Positions 42,778 to 52,670 of a stretch of DNA of 57,402 nucleotides are shown in pieces (position 1 is the stretch's first letter; the number at the start of each line of letters is the position of its first letter). The DNA lies in IMG/VR virus record IMGVR_UViG_3300030061_000751, positions 1-57,402 of that record; one strand, written 5' to 3'. The notes beneath the pieces were generated by a model that did not search any database, was not told the origin of the DNA, and worked only from the letters and a program-made list of their open reading frames with translations. Origin of the DNA: a virus (taxonomy: Duplodnaviria; Caudoviricetes). Position numbers and translations under genes: made by a program.

Positions 42778-43432
42778 GTGCTGGGTAAGACGCGAATACA
42801 CACACAACCACAGCAAATATCATGGCGAGTTTCTACACGCTATGGCGGTTGCAGTAACAACGATGCCCTGTCGGTGTCTCAGCTTCCAGATGATATTCAC
42901 TGGCGCTGAAACCTATGACAACGACGAGCCAAACATCCACGGAGGCGCGATGTGGGCAAGGATGCCCATCACTGCCTTGGTCGGAGACACCCCCTTTGAG
43001 GAGTGGCCCGAGCCAATGCCGGTCTACGCGGCCCAGCCGTGGGACTGCTCGTCCAGAGAGCACAGCGTTTATGTCCTTGAGAGGGCAACGCCGTGTCCTT
43101 GGATCGCCAAGATAGACGGGGAGTTTTACCCTGCTAAGTATATGTTCACGGTGGACTACACAGACAACGAGATCGCTGACGACCCTGCTCAACACAAGCA
43201 GAGCCATGTGATGGAGCTTCTGGATGCAGGCCCGTGGACAGGCAATATCGTGGCGCTACCCAACAACCGTGTACGGGTGACACACCCGGCATGGTGGTCA
43301 ACGGGAGAGGGCGCACCGGACTTCAGGCCGTCACAGCACATTCACTACTCCAAGTCCGACTTGGATTACACGCTGGACGTAAACAGAGTATTCGACAACT
43401 TATACGCAGGTGAGGACGATGAAGAAACCTAA
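42743..43432 (+). CDS. Conserved-looking hypothetical phage protein
   Basis: GAMWARMPI.A, QPWDC, Y.FTVD, QHKQSH, PNNR; located in the packaging module. Confidence 0.75.
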   Translation: MAFLQSNIPHFKCWVRREYTHNHSKYHGEFLHAMAVAVTTMPCRCLSFQMIFTGAETYDNDEPNIHGGAMWARMPITALVGDTPFEEWPEPMPVYAAQPWDCSSREHSVYVLERATPCPWIAKIDGEFYPAKYMFTVDYTDNEIADDPAQHKQSHVMELLDAGPWTGNIVALPNNRVRVTHPAWWSTGEGAPDFRPSQHIHYSKSDLDYTLDVNRVFDNLYAGEDDEET

Positions 43433-43694
43433 AGGCATGGCAAACGGCGGCATGATGCGAAAGGTTCCCAAAGGCATGGCGGCAGGCGGCACAAAGGGCG
43501 AAAAGCTCAAGATGGTTACCAACGACAAGGGCGAAGAGGTGCCACATTTTGCCGCAGACGGCAAAGGGAAAATGGCAGGCGGCGGAAAGACAAGAGTAGC
43601 CAACAAGATGATGCCCAAAGGCTATTTCAAGGGCGGCAAAACCATGAATACCAAGATGGATACCAAAGGCGGCAAGATGGGTGGCAAAGGCTAA
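43419..43694 (+). CDS. K/G/M-rich small protein with repeated MAxGG motifs
   Basis: RBS GAGGA before ATG 43419. Confidence 0.65.
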   Translation: MKKPKGMANGGMMRKVPKGMAAGGTKGEKLKMVTNDKGEEVPHFAADGKGKMAGGGKTRVANKMMPKGYFKGGKTMNTKMDTKGGKMGGKG

Positions 43695-46151
43695 GTGGCT
43701 ATTGACCGCGTAGCAACACCCTTCAGCCCTCAAGGGGCTGGCGAGGAACAGCTAGAGATCGTGATCGAAAACCCTGAGTCTGTCAGTGTGATGGACGAAG
43801 ACGGGGGCATGATTATTGATTTCGATCCCAATATGCCTGCCCTCATGGGTGTTGATCATGGCTCCAACCTAGCGGAGTACATGGACGAGCGAGACCTAGA
43901 TAGTCTTGCTAGCGAGCTTGTTGGGCAGTTTGACGCTGATCGCATGAGCCGTGCGGATTGGGAAGACTCCTATGTCCGTGGTCTTGATCTTCTTGGACTA
44001 AAGTTTGAGGACAGGTCTACACCGTGGGAGGGCGCTTGTGGCGTCTTTCACCCGATGCTGTCTGAGGCGGTTATCCGCTTTCAAGCCCAGACCATACAGG
44101 AGATATATCCTGCCAGTGGTCCTGTAAAGACCACTATCGTCGGCAAGATAGACGACGAAAAGACTAAGCAGGCGCACAGAGTACAGAACTACCTGAACTA
44201 CCTGATTACCCAGCGTATGACGGAGTACAGAACGGAGACAGAGAAGCTGTTGTTCTCCCTGCCGATTGCAGGCTCCGCATTCCGTAAAGTCTACTTTGAC
44301 CCAAGTATGGGCAGACCCTGCGCCATGTTTGTGCCAGCAGAGGATTTTGTGGTCAGCTATGGTGCGTCAGACCTGTCAACGTGCGAACGCGCCACCCATG
44401 TGATGAAGAAAACTTCCAATGAAATCAGGAAGTTACAGGTTGCTGGGTTTTATTCAGACATAGATTTGCCTGCACCAACACCGGACATTTCTGAGATACA
44501 GCAGAAGTATGACCGGATGACGGGAGACTCGGACAACTACGAGCTTGACCATAGGCACACCCTGCTGGAGATGCACGTTGACATCGACCTGCTAGGGTTT
44601 GAGGACACAGACAAGGGCAAGCAGACAGGCATTGCTTTGCCTTACGTTGTTACCATTGACAAGTCATCACGAACGATCCTGTCGATACGGCGCAACTGGT
44701 ACGAAGACGATCCCAACAAAATGAAGCGGGATCACTACGTTCATTACCAGTATCTGCCGGGGCTGGGATTCTACGGGTTTGGCTTGGTACACATGATCGG
44801 CGGTCTATCCAAGTCGGCAACATCTTTGCTCCGACAGTTGGTGGACGCTGGAACACTTGCCAACCTACCGGGGGGATTGAAGTCTCGGGGACTCAGGATC
44901 AAGGGCGATGACACTCCCATCATGCCCGGCGAGTTCCGTGACGTAGACGTTCCGGGTGGTGCAATCCGCGACAACATCACGTTCCTGCCCTACAAGGAGC
45001 CAAGCAACGTCCTTTACCAGTTGCTGGGCGACATTGTGAATGAGGGGCGTCGATTCGCGTCAGCGGCGGATGTGAAAGCCTCAGACATCAATGGCGAAGC
45101 GCCGGTTGGCACCACACTTGCAGTACTAGAGCGAGAGATGAAGGTGATGAGTGCGGTACAAGCCCGTGTTCACGCCGCAGTCTCCAAAGAACTCAAGATA
45201 CTGTCGGAGCTTGTCAGGGACTATGGCCCAGAGGTTTATCCCTATGAGGAGGGCGATGGGCAGATTGTCCCCACAGACTTTGATGATCGGGTAGACATTA
45301 TCCCTGTCAGTGACCCCAATGCGGGGACGATGGCGCAAAGGATTATGCAGTATCAGGCGGCGTTGCAGTTGGCGGCTCAGGCACCCCAGATGTATGACAT
45401 GCCACTGCTTCACCGCCAAATGTTAGACGTTTTGGGCATTCAGGATGCAGACAAGATCGTCCCAACAGAGGACGACATCAAGCCGACAGACCCTGTCACA
45501 GAGAATATGAACATCATTACCGGCGAGCCGGTCAAGGCGTTCATATATCAGGATCACGAAGCGCACATCCAAGTTCACATGGCGGCGATGCAAAACCCAG
45601 AGATTATGAAGATGGTCGCCAGAGCGCCTAATAAGAAGGCCATAGAGGCCGCTTTTGCCGCGCACATTGCAGAACATGTAGCGTTTCTATACAGAGCTAG
45701 GATTGAGAAAGAGCTGGGAATGGAGCTTCCCGGCCCAGACGAGAAGCTACCTGAAGATATCGAACTGCGTATATCCAGATTGGCAGTGCCTGCCGCAGAA
45801 CAGCTTACAGGCAAGGCCCAGATGATGGAGCAGGCAGAGAAAAACGCCCAGCAGTCACAAGACCCGATTGTTCAGATGCAACAACGCGAGTTGGCGCTCA
45901 AAGAACAGCAGGCGGCGGCTAAGGCGCAGACCGACATGGCTAAAGTCCAAGTCGATGCACAAAAGGCGGAAGCCAAAACCATGCTTGATCTGGAAAAGAT
46001 GGATCAGGAGGAACGCTTAGAAAGCGCAAAGATCGCCGCAAAGGTGGCGATGCAAGACTCCAAAGAGGAAACCCAGCAAGAAATAGAGGGTTTCAAGGCT
46101 GGATTCAACTTAATCAGGGACACCCTAGATGACGAAAAAGGCAACGAATAA
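43695..46151 (+). CDS. Portal protein
   Basis: 818 aa between terL and scaffold/capsid; G..FRKVYFD, GFYG.GL, Q-rich C-terminal coiled coil (P22-type barrel). Confidence 0.88.
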   Translation: MAIDRVATPFSPQGAGEEQLEIVIENPESVSVMDEDGGMIIDFDPNMPALMGVDHGSNLAEYMDERDLDSLASELVGQFDADRMSRADWEDSYVRGLDLLGLKFEDRSTPWEGACGVFHPMLSEAVIRFQAQTIQEIYPASGPVKTTIVGKIDDEKTKQAHRVQNYLNYLITQRMTEYRTETEKLLFSLPIAGSAFRKVYFDPSMGRPCAMFVPAEDFVVSYGASDLSTCERATHVMKKTSNEIRKLQVAGFYSDIDLPAPTPDISEIQQKYDRMTGDSDNYELDHRHTLLEMHVDIDLLGFEDTDKGKQTGIALPYVVTIDKSSRTILSIRRNWYEDDPNKMKRDHYVHYQYLPGLGFYGFGLVHMIGGLSKSATSLLRQLVDAGTLANLPGGLKSRGLRIKGDDTPIMPGEFRDVDVPGGAIRDNITFLPYKEPSNVLYQLLGDIVNEGRRFASAADVKASDINGEAPVGTTLAVLEREMKVMSAVQARVHAAVSKELKILSELVRDYGPEVYPYEEGDGQIVPTDFDDRVDIIPVSDPNAGTMAQRIMQYQAALQLAAQAPQMYDMPLLHRQMLDVLGIQDADKIVPTEDDIKPTDPVTENMNIITGEPVKAFIYQDHEAHIQVHMAAMQNPEIMKMVARAPNKKAIEAAFAAHIAEHVAFLYRARIEKELGMELPGPDEKLPEDIELRISRLAVPAAEQLTGKAQMMEQAEKNAQQSQDPIVQMQQRELALKEQQAAAKAQTDMAKVQVDAQKAEAKTMLDLEKMDQEERLESAKIAAKVAMQDSKEETQQEIEGFKAGFNLIRDTLDDEKGNE

Positions 46152-46329
46152 CGTCCTACAGGCTATACAGGATGACCTGAGAACCCAGATGAACGAGGTT
46201 TCAGATCACATGGCAATGGGCGGTTGCAAAAACATGGACGAGTATTCTCGTAATGTAGGCATCATCCAAGGGCTGGCCTTTGCAGAGAGGACGCTATTAG
46301 ACCTAGACGAGAGGTTGGAGCGCGAGTAA
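46129..46329 (+). CDS. Hypothetical protein
   Basis: Y....G.IQGL pattern between portal and GroES. Confidence 0.7.
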   Translation: MTKKATNNVLQAIQDDLRTQMNEVSDHMAMGGCKNMDEYSRNVGIIQGLAFAERTLLDLDERLERE

Positions 46330-46390
46330 TTCGTTACAAACGGTAACGCATGGTGACACCAGACACCTATTTCTGGTGCAGGAACGGACT

Positions 46391-46747
46391 ATGACTGAAG
46401 AAGACACAGAAGTTGCCAAGCAACTACCCGACCCGAAAGGCTACAAATTACTTATCGCTCTCCCCGAACCGGAAGAAATGACGGAGGGAGGCATCCTCAA
46501 GGCAAGAGAAACCATGCAGACAGAAGAGATTGGTTCTGTTTGCGGGTTTGTAATGAAGATGGGCGCTGACGCTTATGGAGACAAGACTCGTTTCCCAAGC
46601 GGCCCGTGGTGTGAGGAAGGTGATTGGGTGCTGATGCGCTCATATAGCGGAACGCGATTCAAGGTTCATGGTAAGGAATTTCGCCTTATCAACGACGATA
46701 GCGTTGAAGCAGTAGTTGAAGACCCGAGGGGGATTGTGAAGGTATGA
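46391..46747 (+). CDS. groES: GroES-like co-chaperonin
   Basis: P.G.KLLI, T.GGIL mobile loop, GD.V....YSGT, E.RLINDD.V.AVV. Confidence 0.88.
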   Translation: MTEEDTEVAKQLPDPKGYKLLIALPEPEEMTEGGILKARETMQTEEIGSVCGFVMKMGADAYGDKTRFPSGPWCEEGDWVLMRSYSGTRFKVHGKEFRLINDDSVEAVVEDPRGIVKV

Positions 46748-47739
46748 GCGAAGAGCAGATGGAAGAACAAACCATGTCCACTGAGGACAAGTTTTTCGGT
46801 GTCAAGACAACCATTGGCGGTGAAAAAGCTGATGTTGATGTCGAAGTCGTAGATGATCGGCCCCCAGAGGATCGCCGTCCTCCTGCCAAAGAGGCCAAGG
46901 AGGAAGAAGGTGGTGACGAGGAGCTGGAGGGTTACTCAGACAAAGTCAAAAAGCGCATTAATAAACTACGCTATCAACAGCATGAGGAGCGTAGGCAACG
47001 CGAATCCGCTGAGAAGATGCGCGAAGAAGCTGTCAGAGTGGCTCAGAAGTATGCGGATGAGAACAAGAAGTATCATGCGATCATCCAAGAGGGCGAGCAG
47101 TATCTGGTTCATCAGATTCGAGAGCGAGCTAATCTGGCTCTGGAGCAAGCTAAAGGTCAGTATCGCCAAGCATACGAAGAAGGAAACACGGATAAGGTTG
47201 TCGAAGCCCAAGAAGCTATGATGAGGGCGCAATCTGAGTTTCAGTCTGCGGATTACCAGATGAACCAGATGAATGCGGAGCGGCAAAGGCAGGCTCAACA
47301 GCCACAGCGTTTTCCAGAGCCGCAACCGGCAGTACAACAGCCACAGCCACAGGTTCAAGAGCCGCCACAGCCAACCGAAAAAGCGGCCAAGTGGGCGCAG
47401 GATAATCAGTGGTTTGGTCAGGAGAAGGACATGACTGCTCTGGCGTATGGCGTCCATGAGCGGCTTGTCAGGGACGAAGGGTACGACCCTAACTCCGACG
47501 AATACTTTGAGACTATAGATCGCACAATGCGTTCTAAGTTTCCAGAATACTTTGGTGATGATGACTCGCAAGAGGTGTCTACCACTAAAAGTCCCCCCGT
47601 GGTCACAGCGCCGTCCTCACGGAATAACGGTGCGAAGCCACGCAAGGTGAAGCTGACTCGCACTCAGCTAAGTCTAGCCAAAAGGCTAGGACTAACACCC
47701 GAACAATATGCCAACCAGCTTGTTAAGGAGGCTCAGTAA
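46744..47739 (+). CDS. Capsid scaffolding protein
   Basis: Acidic N-terminus, coiled coil, W...N.WFG, C-terminal LT..Q...AKRLGLT.EQYA. Confidence 0.7.
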   Translation: MSEEQMEEQTMSTEDKFFGVKTTIGGEKADVDVEVVDDRPPEDRRPPAKEAKEEEGGDEELEGYSDKVKKRINKLRYQQHEERRQRESAEKMREEAVRVAQKYADENKKYHAIIQEGEQYLVHQIRERANLALEQAKGQYRQAYEEGNTDKVVEAQEAMMRAQSEFQSADYQMNQMNAERQRQAQQPQRFPEPQPAVQQPQPQVQEPPQPTEKAAKWAQDNQWFGQEKDMTALAYGVHERLVRDEGYDPNSDEYFETIDRTMRSKFPEYFGDDDSQEVSTTKSPPVVTAPSSRNNGAKPRKVKLTRTQLSLAKRLGLTPEQYANQLVKEAQ

Positions 47740-48191
47740 TGGCAGAACAGCGCACTAAAAGGGACGCAGAGTCCAGAGAAGTTGAAACAAGACCTAGCGA
47801 TTCGTGGCTTCCGGCCTCCGTATTGCCTAACCCCGCTCCGCAAGACGGATGGGTGTTTAGGTGGGTACGCACCAGCACATTGGGCCACGCGGATAACACG
47901 AATGTCTCCCAGAAGTTTCGGGAGGGCTGGGTTCCTGTAAAAGCAGAAGATCATCCAGAGCTAGAGGTAATGTCTGATATCGACTCCCGTTTTGCGGGAA
48001 ACATCGAAATTGGAGGACTTCTCCTATGCAAACAGCCAGAGGCTAACGCAGAGGCGAGGGAGGTCCATTATCAGCAGGTTGCCGATAGCCAGATGGAGTC
48101 TGTGGACAACAACTTCTTAAAGCAAAACGATCCCCGAATGCCCGTTCTCAATCCTGAGCGGTCAACTCGGACTACCTTTGGTCGAAGTTGA
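47739..48191 (+). CDS. Hypothetical head-module protein
   Basis: Coupled ORF with RBS AAGGAGG. Confidence 0.7.
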   Translation: MAEQRTKRDAESREVETRPSDSWLPASVLPNPAPQDGWVFRWVRTSTLGHADNTNVSQKFREGWVPVKAEDHPELEVMSDIDSRFAGNIEIGGLLLCKQPEANAEAREVHYQQVADSQMESVDNNFLKQNDPRMPVLNPERSTRTTFGRS

Positions 48192-48242
48192 CTCCGGTTT
48201 ACCGGAGAGCTTTGGCCTTTAATCTAAGTTTGGAGACTTAAA

Positions 48243-48830
48243 ATGGCTACAGCGGCTACTCCGATGGGTGCAGAACCCGTAGGCACTCTTAGTGCTTCTG
48301 GTTCTTTCACCGGAAAAGTGCGCCATATCAAGATTGCCAATGCGTATGCAACGGACATCTTTTATGGCGATTTCGTCAAGCTGGTTGCGGCTGGTACTTT
48401 GGAAAAGGCGGCGGTTACTACTGCTGTCGTGGCAGGAACTGTCGGCATCTTTGTCGGTGTTTCCTACACTGATCCCGGTACTGGGCAACTGACTTTTAAC
48501 CAGTATTTCCCTGCTTCAACAGCGGCGGATGACATCATGGCTTATGTCGTGGATGATCCCAAGCTGTTGTTCCAAATGCAGGCAGACGAGGCAATTGCTC
48601 AGACAGGTCTGGGTAACAACGTCTCGGCTGTTAGTACTGCTGGTTCAACCGCTATCGGAAGGAGCAAAAATGCTCTCGACGGTGGCTCTATCGCAACCAC
48701 CAACTCGCTTCCGCTTCGTATTGTGGACTTCGTGGATGGGCCTAAGAGTACGGTAGGTGATGCTTTCACCGACTGTATTGTGACGTACCTCCCACTTAGC
48801 CATGCCTACGAAACCAAGCTCGGCGTTTAA
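48243..48830 (+). CDS. Putative capsid decoration/minor head protein
   Basis: A/T/G-rich beta protein immediately before the MCP. Confidence 0.6.
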   Translation: MATAATPMGAEPVGTLSASGSFTGKVRHIKIANAYATDIFYGDFVKLVAAGTLEKAAVTTAVVAGTVGIFVGVSYTDPGTGQLTFNQYFPASTAADDIMAYVVDDPKLLFQMQADEAIAQTGLGNNVSAVSTAGSTAIGRSKNALDGGSIATTNSLPLRIVDFVDGPKSTVGDAFTDCIVTYLPLSHAYETKLGV

Positions 48831-48843
48831 GGAGAACTAGGTA

Positions 48844-49752
48844 ATGGCTATTTCACGCGCACAAATGTTGAAAGAATTACTGCCCGGTTTGAACGCCTTA
48901 TTTGGGTTGGAATACGAGCGGTACGACGACGAGCACACGATGATTTACGAAACTGAATCATCTGAGCGTTCGTTCGAGGAAGAGGTAAAGCTGTCCGGCT
49001 TTGGTGCCGCACCAGTTAAAGCTGAAGGCGCCGCCATCAGCTATGACTCGGCGCAAGAGTCGTTCACTGCTCGCTATAACCACGAAACGATTGCTCTCGG
49101 CTTCTCCATCACAGAAGAAGCAATGGAGGACAATCTATATGACTCATTGTCAGCAAGATATACAAAAGCTCTTGCAAGGGCAATGGCACACACCAAGCAG
49201 GTGAAGTCAGCGAATCCGTTGAACAACGGTTTCAACACCTTCCAATCTGGTGACGGCGTAACGCTGTTCAGCACGGCTCACCCGCTGGTAAACGGTGGCA
49301 CCAACGCCAACCGTCCTACCACTGCGGCTGATCTGAACGAAACCTCACTGGAAGATGCTGTGATTAACATCGCCGCATTTACCGATGAGCGTGGACTGCT
49401 GATCGCGGCTCGCCCCCGTCGTTTGATTGTTCCCCCCGCACTTCAGTTTGTAGCAACTCGTTTGCTTGAGACTGAAGGTCGAGTCGGAACTGCTGACAAC
49501 GACATCAACGCCCTTCGCAACAACGGGTCAATTCCAGAAGGCTACTCTGTCAATCACTTCCTGACTGACACCAACGCCTTCTTCGTGATCACTGATGTAC
49601 CGAACGGCATGAAGCACTTCGACAGAACGGCGTTGGAGACTTCAATGGATGGCGACTTTGATACGGGCAACGTCCGTTACAAAGCCCGTGAAAGATACAG
49701 CTTCGGCGTATCTGATCCACTCGGAATTTACGGCTCGCCCGGAACTTCCTAA
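48844..49752 (+). CDS. Major capsid protein (HK97 fold; Mu gpT-like)
   Basis: MAISRAQ..KEL.PGLNALFG.EY, LIVPP.L, K.RERYSFG..D; strong RBS; followed by a terminator. Confidence 0.9.
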   Translation: MAISRAQMLKELLPGLNALFGLEYERYDDEHTMIYETESSERSFEEEVKLSGFGAAPVKAEGAAISYDSAQESFTARYNHETIALGFSITEEAMEDNLYDSLSARYTKALARAMAHTKQVKSANPLNNGFNTFQSGDGVTLFSTAHPLVNGGTNANRPTTAADLNETSLEDAVINIAAFTDERGLLIAARPRRLIVPPALQFVATRLLETEGRVGTADNDINALRNNGSIPEGYSVNHFLTDTNAFFVITDVPNGMKHFDRTALETSMDGDFDTGNVRYKARERYSFGVSDPLGIYGSPGTS

Positions 49753-49758
49753 AATATC

Positions 49759-49779
49759 GGGGGCTTCGGCCCCCTTTTT
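49759..49779 (+). terminator. Intrinsic terminator after MCP
   Basis: GGGGGC-TTCG-GCCCCC-TTTTT. Confidence 0.9.
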
Positions 49780-49835
49780 CCCTGACTAATTGTTCCATGT
49801 GGAACATTAGACACTAGCCACGACAGGAGAATCAC

Positions 49836-50318
49836 ATGGCTAATACTACATTCAGCGGTGCTGTCCGCTCTGAAAATGGTTTTTCAGATATCACCAAAAA
49901 TTCCACTACTGGCTCTATTACCAGCACCATGACGTTATCCACCTACGAGGCGACGATTACCGTGGCTAATGGTGCAACGACAGGTAAGGAAGCCGCTATT
50001 GGCATCCCCTCAAACTTTATCCCTATGGGTGTGTTGGTCGCTGTTACCACAGCTTCTGCTAACTCCGTCAACCTTAACGATATTGGCACCGATGCAGACA
50101 CTGACGGCTTTGTCGATGGTATCTCTGCCGCTGTTAACTCTACGGGCTTCAAAGGGTTTTTCCCCTGCAATGGCGTTCTCGGGATGTCCGGTGGCACAAC
50201 CACTGCGTCTACAGAAACAGCAGACGAAGTAGAGATTGTGCTTTCTGGCGATCCGGGTGGCGACACAGTTGTTGTCCTCAAGTTTTTCGGCATCTCTACC
50301 ACTTCAGACGCATCATAA
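49836..50318 (+). CDS. Virion structural protein
   Basis: MANTTFSG.VRS.NGF start; T/S/G-rich. Confidence 0.65.
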   Translation: MANTTFSGAVRSENGFSDITKNSTTGSITSTMTLSTYEATITVANGATTGKEAAIGIPSNFIPMGVLVAVTTASANSVNLNDIGTDADTDGFVDGISAAVNSTGFKGFFPCNGVLGMSGGTTTASTETADEVEIVLSGDPGGDTVVVLKFFGISTTSDAS

Positions 50319-50355
50319 ACTGACGGGGGCATAGCCCCCTTATCTGGAGGATAAG

Positions 50356-50766
50356 ATGGCTGATACAGTCACAAGTAAGACTATTGAGGATGGCCCTCGC
50401 ACAGCGATCATGTATTTCACCAACGTCAGCGATGGCTCAGGTGAATCGGCTGTTGCCAAGGTAGATGTTTCTGCGCTGAGTTCAGACCCCGCAAGCAAGG
50501 GAGCCTGTACCAGCGTCAACATCGAAAGCATCCAGTACACGACCAAAGGCATGGGTGTGCAAATCTTCTTTGATGCAACCACCAATGTTTTGGCGTGGGA
50601 GTTGATTCCTGACTACGGCGACACGCTGGACTTTTCTGACTTTGTTGGCCTGCCCAACACCGCCGCCGCTTCTGGCAAAACAGGCGACATTCTTTTCACT
50701 ACCACAGGCGCGAGTAGTGGCGACACTTACTCTGTCGTTCTGAAACTGAAGAAGAACTACGGCTGA
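50356..50766 (+). CDS. Virion structural protein
   Basis: RBS GGAGG; beta-rich. Confidence 0.65.
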   Translation: MADTVTSKTIEDGPRTAIMYFTNVSDGSGESAVAKVDVSALSSDPASKGACTSVNIESIQYTTKGMGVQIFFDATTNVLAWELIPDYGDTLDFSDFVGLPNTAAASGKTGDILFTTTGASSGDTYSVVLKLKKNYG

Positions 50767-50981
50767 TGAGACAGTATTACAAGAAAGGCGGCAAAGCCAA
50801 AAAAAAGTCCAAGTCCCGCGTCAATGAGGCGGGAAACTACACCAAGCCCGGAATGCGAAAGCGGATATTCAATCGAATAAAAGCTGGCGGCAAGGGCGGT
50901 AAGCCGGGGCAGTGGTCGGCGCGTAAAGCGCAGATGGTTGCCGCCGCTTACAAGAAAGCTGGGGGAGGATACAAGGACTGA
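50766..50981 (+). CDS. Small basic protein
   Basis: K/G-rich; GQWSARKAQ.....YKKAGGGY. Confidence 0.7.
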   Translation: MRQYYKKGGKAKKKSKSRVNEAGNYTKPGMRKRIFNRIKAGGKGGKPGQWSARKAQMVAAAYKKAGGGYKD

Positions 50982-51235
50982 TGGCGCTCAAGAAGTCGCA
51001 AAAGTCCCTCAAGAAGTGGACGAAGCAGAAGTGGCGCACCAAGTCTGGCAAGCCCAGTACTCAGGGTGCAAAAGCCACTGGCGAGCGTTACCTTCCTGAA
51101 AAAGCCATCAAGTCCATGTCATCCAAGGAGTATGCCGCGACTACGCGGAAAAAACGCGCAGACACCAAGAAAGGCAAGCAACATTCAAAGCAACCCAAGC
51201 GGATTGCCAAGAAAACAGCGAGGCATCGGAAGTAA
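50981..51235 (+). CDS. Small basic protein
   Basis: QKSLKKWTKQKW.TKSGK...GERYLP. Confidence 0.7.
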   Translation: MALKKSQKSLKKWTKQKWRTKSGKPSTQGAKATGERYLPEKAIKSMSSKEYAATTRKKRADTKKGKQHSKQPKRIAKKTARHRK

Positions 51236-51504
51236 TGCGCCTTTATTACAAAAAGGGCGGCAAGGTCAACAAGAAGTCCATGTCGTGCAACAAGCCAAAG
51301 CGAACGCCCAGCCACGCCAAGAAGAAGTTTGTGGTCAAGGCGTGTGAGGACGGCAAAGAGAAAATTATTCGCTATGGCGACAAGAATATGAAGATCAAGA
51401 AGAGCCAGCCGGGGCGGCGCAAGTCTTTCCGCGCTAGACATAAGTGCGACTCCAAGCCGCCAAGCAAGATGTCTGCTCGTTATTGGTCTTGCAAGAACTG
51501 GTGA
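51235..51504 (+). CDS. Small basic protein
   Basis: RRKSFRARHKC...SARYWSC..W. Confidence 0.7.
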   Translation: MRLYYKKGGKVNKKSMSCNKPKRTPSHAKKKFVVKACEDGKEKIIRYGDKNMKIKKSQPGRRKSFRARHKCDSKPPSKMSARYWSCKNW

Positions 51505-51508
51505 CGAT

Positions 51509-51634
51509 ATGCCTATAAGCAGAGCGCAGATGGGCAAGCAGGTCAAAAACGCGCCCAAGTCAAAGAAGATCAAGGCGGCTAAGTGCAGGAACGGCTTGGC
51601 CCGTAGAGGCAGGACAAGAGGAAGGAAGGTCTGA
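51509..51634 (+). CDS. Small basic protein (41 aa; not in ORF track)
   Basis: MPISRAQMGKQVKNAPKSKKIKAAKCRNGLARRGRTRGRKV; fills the gap, TGATG-coupled to the next gene. Confidence 0.65.
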   Translation: MPISRAQMGKQVKNAPKSKKIKAAKCRNGLARRGRTRGRKV

Positions 51635-52329
51635 TGGCGACTAGCGGAACAACAGCCTTTACTCTTGACTTGTCAGATATATTTGAAGAGGCGTTTGAGC
51701 GAGCAGGCTCTGAGCTACGAAGCGGCTATGACTACCGGACGGCACGGCGCAGTCTGGATTTGCTGATGTTGGAGTGGCAGAACCGTGGTCTTAACTTGTG
51801 GACAGTAAGAGATGCTACGCAGACTCTGACCGCAGGCACCTCGTCATACACATTGACCGCTGAAAAGCAGGACATAATAGAAGGTCTGTTGCGAACTGAC
51901 GCAGGCGACACCTCCAAGCAGTCTGACCTGACCATGCAGAGAATCTCGGTGAGCCAGTATGCCCATCAGACCAATAAGCTGACGCAGGGCAGGCCGCTAC
52001 AGTATTACGTTGAGCGCAAGCCGACAGGACTGACGTTGCACTTCTGGCCCGTGCCAGACGCAACAACCACCTACACGTTTGCGTACTACTACCTAGACAG
52101 GATAGAGGACACCGGAAAGCCAGCGTCCAACAACATGGATGTGCCAGCGCGGTATCTGCCGTGCATGGTGGCTGGCCTAGCCTACTACATAGCGAGCAAG
52201 AAGCCTGAGTCGATACCACTGGCACCGGCACTCAAAGAGGTATACGAAGAGCAGTGGAATCTGGCGGCAGACGCATCCAGAGAGAAGGCATCGTTGTATA
52301 TGGCCCCCGGCGGATATAACAACTTATGA
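51634..52329 (+). CDS. Head-tail adaptor / tail tubular protein A-like
   Basis: EEAFER.G, W.NRG.NLW, G.P.QY, WPVPD. Confidence 0.65.
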   Translation: MATSGTTAFTLDLSDIFEEAFERAGSELRSGYDYRTARRSLDLLMLEWQNRGLNLWTVRDATQTLTAGTSSYTLTAEKQDIIEGLLRTDAGDTSKQSDLTMQRISVSQYAHQTNKLTQGRPLQYYVERKPTGLTLHFWPVPDATTTYTFAYYYLDRIEDTGKPASNNMDVPARYLPCMVAGLAYYIASKKPESIPLAPALKEVYEEQWNLAADASREKASLYMAPGGYNNL

Positions 52330-52670
52330 GCAGTTACGCGAAAGGATCGAAAGCGTTTGGCTTTTGTGACCGGACAGGGTTCCGATACCCGTTGCGTGAT
52401 CTGGTCAGGCAGATTGAGGATGGTCGTTGGAACGGACTGCTGGTTGGCAGGGACGTTGTAGATCAAGACCAGCCACAGTTGAAGCTAGGGGATGTCAATG
52501 CAAACGACCCACAGGCGTTACGATTCCCGCGACCTGATAGCAGTATTGATGAAAGTCGTGCGCTTTCTGCGTTCGATCCTGTCGGGGGAGGCAACACGGC
52601 GCTTGGAAGCCGCACTGTCGGCCTTGATATGGCGGGTGCTGTTGGGCGCGTAACAGTGGAGACATCCTGA
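52326..52670 (+). CDS. Hypothetical protein
   Basis: CDRTGFRY...D..QPQL...DPQAL..PRPD. Confidence 0.65.
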   Translation: MSSYAKGSKAFGFCDRTGFRYPLRDLVRQIEDGRWNGLLVGRDVVDQDQPQLKLGDVNANDPQALRFPRPDSSIDESRALSAFDPVGGGNTALGSRTVGLDMAGAVGRVTVETS

